A stretch of DNA of 56,079 nucleotides, from contig CAYULG010000001.1 of assembly GCA_964445365.1 (NCBI GenBank), forward strand, positions 1 through 56,079. Direction: 5' to 3'. The DNA is from an uncultured Salinivenus sp. Lineage in GTDB: Bacteria > Bacteroidota > Rhodothermia > Rhodothermales > Salinibacteraceae. This document shows positions 1 to 7,845 of this stretch, one piece after another. The notes under the pieces are model-generated. The model saw nothing but the letters and a program-made list of their open reading frames with translations. It did not search any database and was not told the origin of the DNA. Each line of letters starts with the position of its first letter. Position 1 is the first letter of the stretch. Made by a program: the position numbers and the translations under genes.

Positions 1-2
1 GG

Positions 3-524
3 GCCGAATGGATCGACGGAAACATTCGCATCATAAGTCCTGCTTCTTCTACGCATCAGCGACTCGTACGCTTTCTTTCCACTATCCTGAGCGTGTGGGT
101 TGAGCAACGCGACGACGGCGAGGTATTCGTGGCCCCGTTTCAGATGAAGCTTGAACGTGGCCGCGAGCCGGATCTGCTGGTGATCACCGATGACCACCGT
201 GACCGGATCCGAGACACCCATCTTGATGGTCCCGCGGACCTGGTGGTGGAGGTCGTTTCTTCCGAAAGCGGGGCGCGGGATCGGGGCGAAAAGTTTTACG
301 AGTACGAAGACGCGGGCATTCCGGAGTACTGGCTCGTCGATCCGGAGCGGGAAGAGCTCGCCGTCTACCGGCTGGAGGAGGATCGCTACCGAACGGCGTT
401 CGAAGGGCACCAGGGACGGGCCGAATCGACTGTTCTCGAAGGGCTTTGGATCGAGGCCGAGTGGTTGTGGCAGGAGGAGTTGCCGGCGATTCTTGACGTT
501 CTGGACCGCTGGGAGCTGATTTAG
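3..524 (+). CDS. Uma2 family (DUF820) endonuclease-like protein, 5' truncated by the window edge
   Basis: Frame is open from base 3 (AEWIDGNIRIISPASSTHQR). Motifs EPDLLV, ADLVVEVVS, DRGEKFYEYEDAGIPEYWLVDP are typical of Uma2. Confidence 0.9.
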   Translation, partial: AEWIDGNIRIISPASSTHQRLVRFLSTILSVWVEQRDDGEVFVAPFQMKLERGREPDLLVITDDHRDRIRDTHLDGPADLVVEVVSSESGARDRGEKFYEYEDAGIPEYWLVDPEREELAVYRLEEDRYRTAFEGHQGRAESTVLEGLWIEAEWLWQEELPAILDVLDRWELI

Positions 525-573
525 CGAACTCGGACTCGACCCGACTATTTACTTTGTGCAAGAACTTCAGTAG

Positions 574-1716
574 ATGATGACCGACCGTGTTCTCATCGTG
601 GGCGGGGGCACCATCGGACTGGCCACCGGCTTCGAGCTCGTGCGTCAGGGAACGCCCGTGACGCTCTTCGATCGCGACGAGGCGGGCCGGGGCACCTCCT
701 GGCAGGCGGCCGGCATGCTCGCGCCCGACGCCGAGATTGGATTCGAGGAATTGGAGCTTTATCGGCTGAATCGCGAGAGCCTGCGCCGCTGGCCCGACTT
801 TGCCCGCCGCGTCGAGGCGGCCAGCGGGATGGACATCGATTACCGCGATGAAGGGACCCTGATCGTGGCCGACGACCGCGACAGCGCCGAAGCCCTGCGG
901 CGCCTCTACGAGTTTCAGAAGGAGCAGGGCCTGAAAGTGGAGTGGCTGACCGGGGGAGAGGCACGTGAAATTGAGCCGTTTCTTGCTCCTCGGCTGACCG
1001 CGGCCATTTTTTGCCCGTCGGACCATCAGGTGGACAACAGGCGCTTGCTGGACGCGGTCCGCGCGGCGTTCGAGGCCGAGGGGGGGATTCTCCACGAGGA
1101 CACGCCCGTCGAGGCCGTGGTGCCGGACGCAGATAAGCCTAGCGTCGTGACGGCGGACGGGGAGCGGGTGGAGGGGAATCAGGTGCTCGTCGCCGCCGGC
1201 GTCTGGTCGCGCGACCTCGACGGCCTGACGCCCGATGCCCAGCCTCCTGTTCGCCCCGTAAAGGGGCAAATGATGCAGCTGCGGCGCAAAACGCCGTTCG
1301 ACCTCCAACACGTGGTGCGCGGCCCGGAGGCCTACCTCGCTCCCAAGAGCGATGGGCGCATCGTGATGGGTGCCACCAGCGAGGAGATGGGCTTTGACAC
1401 CACGGTGACCGCCGGGGGGCTCTACGACCTGCTGGAGGGCGGGTGGGAAGTGGTGCCCGGGATCTACGACTTGCCGGTGGACGAGACGTGGGCCGGTTTG
1501 CGTCCGGCCAGTCGCGACCATGCTCCGCTACTGGGCCCTTCCGGCGCGCCGGGGGTGCTCTTGGCGACCGGCCACTATCGGCACGGGATTCTCCTCACGC
1601 CCGTAACGGCCGAAGAAATGGCGCGTCTCCTCCGAACGAGGGAAACCTCGACGTGGCTGGAGCCGTTTTCTCCCACGCGATTTTCCGAAGTTCAATCGTC
1701 GAATGTGTCCCCATGA
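574..1716 (+). CDS. thiO: Glycine oxidase
   Basis: GGGTIG FAD motif, AAGMLAP, PVKGQ, GLRP, GHYRHGILL. Overlaps the thiS start. Confidence 0.95.
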   Translation: MMTDRVLIVGGGTIGLATGFELVRQGTPVTLFDRDEAGRGTSWQAAGMLAPDAEIGFEELELYRLNRESLRRWPDFARRVEAASGMDIDYRDEGTLIVADDRDSAEALRRLYEFQKEQGLKVEWLTGGEAREIEPFLAPRLTAAIFCPSDHQVDNRRLLDAVRAAFEAEGGILHEDTPVEAVVPDADKPSVVTADGERVEGNQVLVAAGVWSRDLDGLTPDAQPPVRPVKGQMMQLRRKTPFDLQHVVRGPEAYLAPKSDGRIVMGATSEEMGFDTTVTAGGLYDLLEGGWEVVPGIYDLPVDETWAGLRPASRDHAPLLGPSGAPGVLLATGHYRHGILLTPVTAEEMARLLRTRETSTWLEPFSPTRFSEVQSSNVSP

Positions 1717-1946
1717 GTCCTGCGACCGACGAACAAATCACGGTGACCCTGAACGGGGAGGTTCGGACCGTGCCCGACGGATATCCACTGACGGAGGTGC
1801 TGCGCGATCTGGAAATCGATCCGGAAGAAAGTTCGGGGGTCGCGGTGGCGATCAATGAGAGTGTCATCCGACGGCAGGACTGGGACGGCGTAACCTTGTC
1901 AGAGGAAGATACGGTTGAGGTCATTCAGGCCCAGCAGGGAGGGTAG
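1713..1946 (+). CDS. thiS: Sulfur carrier protein ThiS
   Basis: ATGA overlap with the thiO stop. VTLNGE...VAVAIN...C-terminal GG. Confidence 0.95.
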   Translation: MSPATDEQITVTLNGEVRTVPDGYPLTEVLRDLEIDPEESSGVAVAINESVIRRQDWDGVTLSEEDTVEVIQAQQGG

Positions 1947-2112
1947 CGAGTTTGGGGTTCAGAATTTGGATTGTGGAATGGAAGGTCCCCGGTAGATACT
2001 GACCTGTGGGAACGTAGGGACGTCATTTTCCACGAGAGCCTGGGGATCGTGTGCAGCTGCAGGCAGGAACGGACGTCACGAATGTATTTCCGTACCGGTA
2101 AATCGGAAGTTT

Positions 2113-2937
2113 ATGGCTGAGGATGTATACACCAACGGATCGGTGACGACGGACGAAGGGGACCCGCTCGTCGTCGGCGGCGAGACTTTTTCCTCGCGCC
2201 TCATTGTAGGCACGAGCCGCTATCCCAATCCGCAGGTCATGCTCGAGGCCCTGGACGCGAGCGGGACCGAGCTCGTAACCGTCGCGATTCGCCGCGTGAA
2301 CGTGGAAAACCCTGCCCCCGAGAGCCATCTCGACCTCATCCGACAAGGGGGGTACCGCGTCCTTCCCAACACCGCCGGCTGCTACACCGCTCGCGAGGCG
2401 GTCCTGGTGGCGCAACTCGCCCGCGAGGCGTTAGACACGGACCTCATCAAGCTGGAGGTTATCGGGGACGACGAGACGCTAATGCCAGATGTGGAGCAGC
2501 TCCTTGAGGCCGCGAAAACGCTGGTTGACGACGGGTTTACCGTCCTGGCCTACGCTAACGACGACCCCATTACCTGCCGCAAGCTGGCAGACCTTGGCTG
2601 TGCGGCCGTCATGCCGCTGGGGTCGCCCATCGGGAGCGGAATGGGCATCGTCAATCCATATAACCTCCGCATCATTCGGGAAGTGATCGATGACACGCCG
2701 CTCATTGTGGACGCGGGCATTGGCACCGCAAGCGACGCCGTGACGGCGATGGAGTTGGGCTATGACGGCGTACTGCTGAATACGGCCATCGCGGAGGCAC
2801 AGCATCCGGTGGAGATGGCCCACGCCATGCGGCTCGCCGTGGAGTCGGGCCGCCACGCTCACCGCGCGGGACGGATTCCGCGCCGTTTGTATGCACAGGC
2901 GTCCTCTCCAACTGGGGGGCAGGTGAGCGCCGAGTAG
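2113..2937 (+). CDS. thiG: Thiazole synthase
   Basis: [38 protein letters not shown]. Confidence 0.97.
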   Translation: MAEDVYTNGSVTTDEGDPLVVGGETFSSRLIVGTSRYPNPQVMLEALDASGTELVTVAIRRVNVENPAPESHLDLIRQGGYRVLPNTAGCYTAREAVLVAQLAREALDTDLIKLEVIGDDETLMPDVEQLLEAAKTLVDDGFTVLAYANDDPITCRKLADLGCAAVMPLGSPIGSGMGIVNPYNLRIIREVIDDTPLIVDAGIGTASDAVTAMELGYDGVLLNTAIAEAQHPVEMAHAMRLAVESGRHAHRAGRIPRRLYAQASSPTGGQVSAE

Positions 2938-3147
2938 CTCTCCCTGCGGCCTCCGCATTCCTGCATTTGCTCGTCGTCGTTGGGTTTTGTTACTTTCGCC
3001 GTCCCCAAATGTGGATCGTGTTGTAGGGAGAAATCCCTCCCTCAACGATCGCTCCTTCGGTTGCGCATCCCTTGTTTCGTGTCGACCCGACACAAACAGG
3101 CCGTTGCTCAGAGCAGACCGTTTCGAATCCCTGCGGCATTGACTGCC

Positions 3148-3780
3148 ATGGCTGAGCTTCCCTACCCGCGCCTTGCCCTCATTGCCGACGGGTTCAGCGA
3201 CGAAAACCGCGCCGACCGGGCCGTCACCGCCGTGCAGGCGGGGGTTCGGTGGGTACACCTCCGCGACCATCAGGTGGGGCCGGACACGTTCGAGGACGCG
3301 GCCCGCGACCTGACGGCCCGTCTTCGGGACGCGGCCGAGGACGTCACGGTCACCGTTAACACGCGCCTCGCCGTGGCGGACGCCCTCGGGACGGGCGTGC
3401 ACCTGGGGTGGCGGGGCCCGTCGGTGGAAGAAGCCCGGGAGCTGCTCGGGGACGATGCTCTGGTCGGATACTCGGCCCACGACGAGATCGGCCTTGAAGG
3501 GGATCGGGCGCCGGACGTGGACTACTACTTTTTTAGTCCCGTCTATGCCACCAGCAGCAAGCCCGACCAGCCCCCATCGGGCATTCCCGCACTGCGTTCC
3601 TTCTGTCGGGCCGCTGCGCCCACGCCGACCCTGGCTCTGGGGGGCATCACCCCGGAGCGCGTGCAGGCGTGCCGGGAGGCCGGGGCGGAAGGGGTGGCCG
3701 TGCTCTCGGGGATTATGGAGGCCGATCTCCCGGTGGCTGTCACACGGGCGTATCTACGGGCCCTCATTGCCCTCGCCTGA
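3148..3780 (+). CDS. thiE: Thiamine phosphate synthase family protein (ThiE or TenI-like)
   Basis: GVHLG, GYSAH, SPVYATSSKP, ALGGIT, GVAVLSGI, inside the thi operon. Some ThiE catalytic positions diverge. Start placed at ATG 3148. Confidence 0.75.
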   Translation: MAELPYPRLALIADGFSDENRADRAVTAVQAGVRWVHLRDHQVGPDTFEDAARDLTARLRDAAEDVTVTVNTRLAVADALGTGVHLGWRGPSVEEARELLGDDALVGYSAHDEIGLEGDRAPDVDYYFFSPVYATSSKPDQPPSGIPALRSFCRAAAPTPTLALGGITPERVQACREAGAEGVAVLSGIMEADLPVAVTRAYLRALIALA

Positions 3781-3825
3781 CGATTTTCGAACGACGCATT
3801 TTATCACAAGCGAACTTGTGTTCCT

Positions 3826-4671
3826 ATGTCCAACAAGCCTGTAGCCCTCACCATCGCCGGAAGTGACTCGGGCGGGGGCGCCGGCATCCAGGCCGACCTC
3901 AAAGCCATGGAGGCCAACGGCGTCTTTGCGACCTCGGCCCTCGCTGCCGTGACGGCGCAGAACACCGACACGGTCGCCGCGGCCCACGACCTGCCGCCAC
4001 AGCTCGTGGCGGCTCAGATCGACGCTGTGGCCGAGGACATGGACGTACAGGCCGCAAAGACCGGCATGCTTTCTGCGCCCGAAATCATCGAGACGGTAGC
4101 CGACCGCGTGCAGGCCCACACCCTGCAGCCGTTCGTCGTCGATCCTGTGATGATCTCTAAGACCGGCTTCAAGCTGCTTCAGGACGAGGCCATCGACACG
4201 CTCATCGACGAGTTGTTGCCGCTGGCGACGATCATTACGCCGAACGTGCATGAGGCGGCGCACCTCACCGACCACGACGACCTTGACACGGTCGATGACC
4301 TCCGCGCCGCCGCCGAATCGCTCTTTGAGAAGGGGCCGGAGGCGGTGTTGGTGAAGGGGGGGCACCTCTCCGGTGAAGAGGAGGCGATCGACGTGCTCGT
4401 GGACGGGACCGGCGTCCATTCCTTTGCCGCGCCACGCATCGACACGACGCACACTCATGGTACGGGCTGCACCTATGCATCCGCAATTGCCGCCAACCTG
4501 GCAAAGGGACATGACCTACATGCCGCCGTTGACCGGGCCAAGCGGTACGTCACCGGTGCCATCCAGCACGCCCTGCCGCTGGGGAACGGGCGGGGGCCCA
4601 CGAACCACTTCTTTCACATTGACGCGGAGGCCGCCGTTGCGGACGTGACGACGCCCGACCCGCTCAGTTGA
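3826..4671 (+). CDS. thiD: Hydroxymethylpyrimidine/phosphomethylpyrimidine kinase
   Basis: [34 protein letters not shown]. Confidence 0.97.
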   Translation: MSNKPVALTIAGSDSGGGAGIQADLKAMEANGVFATSALAAVTAQNTDTVAAAHDLPPQLVAAQIDAVAEDMDVQAAKTGMLSAPEIIETVADRVQAHTLQPFVVDPVMISKTGFKLLQDEAIDTLIDELLPLATIITPNVHEAAHLTDHDDLDTVDDLRAAAESLFEKGPEAVLVKGGHLSGEEEAIDVLVDGTGVHSFAAPRIDTTHTHGTGCTYASAIAANLAKGHDLHAAVDRAKRYVTGAIQHALPLGNGRGPTNHFFHIDAEAAVADVTTPDPLS

Positions 4672-4689
4672 GGACGTCGCCGCAAGTCC

Positions 4690-5037
4690 CTATTCGTCGT
4701 CGGACAGGGATTCGAGTTGACCGTTTGTGGGGGCTTCGACGGAGTGGAGGAGATCGAGTCGAGCCTGATACTGGTCGATCAAGACGTTCGTAGATCGAGT
4801 GTCGTCCTGGACCGTGACGACCTCGTCGCAGACCAGTTCAATGGCACGTTTGGCAATCTGTGATGGGGTGAGGCCCAACTGCTGCGCGACGGCCCGAAGC
4901 CGGTCGGCCCGGTCGCGGGGAAGAGAAAGGCGCAGGGGCACACTGTTCCTCTCCTCCGACACGTCCTCGGTGCTGTCGCGGGGAGGATCGTAAAGCGTTC
5001 TAGACGGTTCCGATGACGGATTGGGCGATTCACTCAC
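4690..5037 (-). CDS. Small hypothetical protein, possible ribbon-helix-helix DNA-binding protein
   Basis: LRLSLP-helix(RADRLRAVAQQLG)-helix(PSQIAKRAIE) pattern. GTG start. Confidence 0.6.
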   Translation of the reverse strand: MSESPNPSSEPSRTLYDPPRDSTEDVSEERNSVPLRLSLPRDRADRLRAVAQQLGLTPSQIAKRAIELVCDEVVTVQDDTRSTNVLIDQYQARLDLLHSVEAPTNGQLESLSDDE

Positions 5038-5311
5038 GAATCCAGACGAACGACTGTGTAAAAGGAATCGGCTGAACGCAAAACATGCAGATTACGTGCC
5101 AAAAGATGAACAGAGCCAATTGGGACAGGTTCAGCCCCTCTTCGGGTCGATGTCGGTCGCCGGGTCGTGATTTGCTCATGATGACGGTGGGAGAAGAGAG
5201 GGCGGGTGCCGTGAACACTTCGTGAGATTGTAAACCGCCGGATCTTTTTACGGATTTTCGGCGTGTAGCCCTCTCAGATTCCCGTGGTGCTCCCGCCGAA
5301 GACCCATGTAC

Positions 5312-5385
5312 CTGCCCGTAGCTCAGTCGGACAGAGCGCAGCCTTGCGGAGGCTGAGGCCGGGGGTTCGAATCCTCCCGGGCAGG
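5312..5385 (+). tRNA. tRNA-Arg, anticodon GCG
   Basis: Cloverleaf read by eye: acceptor CTGCCCG/CGGGCAG, D arm GCTC-AGTCGGACA-GAGC (A20 Arg identity base), anticodon arm CAGCC-TTGCGGA-GGCTG, T arm GGGGG-TTCGAAT-CCTCC, discriminator G. CCA is not encoded. Confidence 0.95.
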
Positions 5386-5405
5386 CATCCCGTCGCTTTC
5401 ATGTA

Positions 5406-5447
5406 CCTCTCCCTTGCCCAGCCGGTGAGGGAGGGGCTTTTTATTTT
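5406..5447 (+). terminator. Intrinsic terminator after the tRNA
   Basis: CCTCTCCCTT...GAGGGAGGGG stem followed by CTTTTTATTTT. Confidence 0.75.
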
Positions 5448-5506
5448 GACATCCGTTCTTCAATCCGAGGTGCCTTCTTGCCATCGCGAAGTCGCCTCTG
5501 AGTCAA

Positions 5507-6850
5507 CTAAGCGGTGGTCGGCAGGTCGCCGAGGGCGTCCACCTCACTGTTTAGGAGCGTACGGCTGTTGTCGGTCTCGATCCGTGGCTTAAGCTGGGTG
5601 AGAAGATTGAGGAGGCCCACCAGGGCCTTATTCAGGAAGATGAAATGGGGGGATCCGACGACCTCCCGCAGCCCCGACGCCTGCTGAAAGCACTCGTGCA
5701 GGTGCTCTCTGAAGTCCGGATCGCCAAAGTCGAATTTAGACCGGCGGTAGGGCTCCACCAGCAGCGACCCATAGCGGTCAAAGAAGTCGCGGATCTCATT
5801 CTGGACGTCGGTTGAGAGGTCGCTGTGCAGAATGTCGAGGCGGTGGAGGAGTTGGTTTATTGCGGCCTCGTCGTCCGCGATGCGGGCACGATAGAGCCGA
5901 AGCATGTCGTCTCGGAACGCCTGCGGGAAGGTCTTCACGCAGCCGAAGTCGATTACGCCCAGTTGACCGTCGTCGCGGAAGAGGAAGTTCCCTGGATGGG
6001 CGTCGGCGTGCAGCGTACGATGGTTGCCGGCCACTTGCTCGTGCAGAAAGTCCCACAGCAGCTGACCAAAGTGATCGCGGGTGGCCTGATCCGGGTCCTC
6101 CTCCAGAAATGCGTCGAGGTGGCGACCTTCGACGTGGGTCATGGTCAGAACCGTTTCGGTCGTGTACTCGTCGACGGCGCGGGGCGTCACAATCCCATCC
6201 CGGTTGTACTGCTCTGCAAAAAAGGCAATGTTCTGAGCCTCGTTGAGATAATCGGTTTCTTCTTGCAGGCGGGCACGAACTTCTTGGAAGTGATCGTCGA
6301 TCTCCCCGCCGCGAATGAGGCGCTTAAAGAGCGTGCGGGCTACGGCAAGATCCGATTGCACGGTCTCGCGGACGTTCGGGTACTGCACCTTTACGGCCAC
6401 GTCCCGGCCGTCGTCCAATTGAGCGCGGTGCACCTGCCCGATCGACGCCGCGGCGATCGCCTCCAGGTCGAACTCGTCGAAGAGCACCTTTGGAAAGCGC
6501 CCGAGTGCGTCGTGGATCCGCTTTCGCACGAGGGCCCTATTCATGGGCGGCACGTTGTACTGCGCCTCCGCCATCACCTCCATGAACTCGTCCGGCATCA
6601 TGCCGGTGTCCATGCTCATCGACTGCGCAAGCTTGAGGGCCGTACCGCGCAGGTGTGTGAACTCACGAAAGAGGTCCTTGGCGTTCTGCGTGTTGAGGGC
6701 ACGCCTTTGCTCGTCGGCGTCGCCCCCCGTGGCACGGTTGGCAAGGTACTGTGCGTAGTTTTTCCCGACCTTCAGACCCGTCTTGGCGAAAATCTTGCCC
6801 CGGTCTAGCTTCGAGGCGGGGAAGTCGTCGGAAGAATTCGGCTCATCCAT
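5507..6850 (-). CDS. ABC1/AarF/UbiB family atypical kinase
   Basis: LRGTALKLAQ, AAASIGQVH, VAVKVQYP, HADAHPGN, IDFG. Confidence 0.92.
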   Translation of the reverse strand: MDEPNSSDDFPASKLDRGKIFAKTGLKVGKNYAQYLANRATGGDADEQRRALNTQNAKDLFREFTHLRGTALKLAQSMSMDTGMMPDEFMEVMAEAQYNVPPMNRALVRKRIHDALGRFPKVLFDEFDLEAIAAASIGQVHRAQLDDGRDVAVKVQYPNVRETVQSDLAVARTLFKRLIRGGEIDDHFQEVRARLQEETDYLNEAQNIAFFAEQYNRDGIVTPRAVDEYTTETVLTMTHVEGRHLDAFLEEDPDQATRDHFGQLLWDFLHEQVAGNHRTLHADAHPGNFLFRDDGQLGVIDFGCVKTFPQAFRDDMLRLYRARIADDEAAINQLLHRLDILHSDLSTDVQNEIRDFFDRYGSLLVEPYRRSKFDFGDPDFREHLHECFQQASGLREVVGSPHFIFLNKALVGLLNLLTQLKPRIETDNSRTLLNSEVDALGDLPTTA

Positions 6851-6952
6851 GAGGCACAGACTGGATTCGTGAAAGGAGTGCCCGAATCGAGGGCTGGCAT
6901 TTCGCATTGCGTCATGAGCGACTGGCGCCTGAACGACGCAATAGAGGGAGGC

Positions 6953-7645
6953 TCAGTCGGTCGACGTGTCTTTTCGCCCAGGAACCAGCCACCCCACGAC
7001 GGGCAGCCGCCGCACCCCCAGCGCGTCGTGCTGCACCACGTGCCAGGCCAGTTCTACACCGGTTGACACGCCACGGAACGTGACCAGTTCAGCGACGAAT
7101 GCAACGAGCTTGTCGACGAGCGCAGTGGTAGCAGCCTGGTTCTCGGTGTCGTCGTTGATCCAGTGCCGGATGATAGCGAATGTCACCTCCGTAAGCACCG
7201 CCTGGACCGGCCAAAAGCCCGTCACGAGCTGGTTCGTTTGTGGAATGCGGTCGTCGGTGAACAGGCTGCGAAGCGTCTCTTGCACGTCGGTTCGAAACGA
7301 AGACCTGTAGCGAACCTCGCTGTCGAACGTGGCCTGGACGAAGGCACGCTGCTCCCCGAGGGTATCGAGCAGAATGTAGGAAAAAGAGGCCAGCCGCTCT
7401 TCGAAAGTGAAGTCTTCATAACTGTCCGTTGCGACGGTGAGTAGGTGATACTGGTCCACCACCAAGTCGTAGAATGCAGGAAGGAGGTCGTCGGGGCTGT
7501 CGAAATGGGCGTGAAAGGTTTCTTTCGGCACACCTGCCTCGGTACAAACGGAATTGACCGTCAGTGCCGTGTCGGCGGTTCGGTCGAGGTGGATGGCCGC
7601 CTCGACGAGGGCCTTCTTCTCGGCAAACCTATCGGGGTCTGGAAT
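6953..7645 (-). CDS. TetR-family regulator (HTH plus C-terminal domain); start codon uncertain, ATT at 7645 proposed
   Basis: The frame upstream of the GTG at 7531 encodes KKALVEAAIHL...LTVNSVCTEAGVPKETFHAHFDS, a TetR HTH. It sits upstream of the UbiB kinase on the same strand. Confidence 0.75.
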   Translation of the reverse strand: MPDPDRFAEKKALVEAAIHLDRTADTALTVNSVCTEAGVPKETFHAHFDSPDDLLPAFYDLVVDQYHLLTVATDSYEDFTFEERLASFSYILLDTLGEQRAFVQATFDSEVRYRSSFRTDVQETLRSLFTDDRIPQTNQLVTGFWPVQAVLTEVTFAIIRHWINDDTENQAATTALVDKLVAFVAELVTFRGVSTGVELAWHVVQHDALGVRRLPVVGWLVPGRKDTSTD

Positions 7646-7845
7646 AAGCGTGGACTGATTGTTGAGATAGAATCGGACGTGTTGTTCGGGCAGGCCCGTG
7701 GAGTGATCCGGTCGAAAAGGAGGATCCCAAAAATTGGGTCATCGTTGCGCTCGCACTCCCCAGTGGCTACGTTGATACCGTCTGGACGGACGCCACCGTG
7801 TGTTGGGATGGGGATTCAATATCCGTTATTGCAATGCAAGTCACG

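Noticed and set aside
1947-3147. TPP riboswitch or REP elements in the thiS-thiG and thiG-thiE gaps
   Set aside because: No THI-element core (GCTGAGA...CTGA...GCGNAGG) is present. The GTAGGG words are not followed by a shared palindrome.
5312-5500. tRNA as an integration site for an island
   Set aside because: No integrase, no duplicated tRNA 3' end noticed, and a normal terminator follows.
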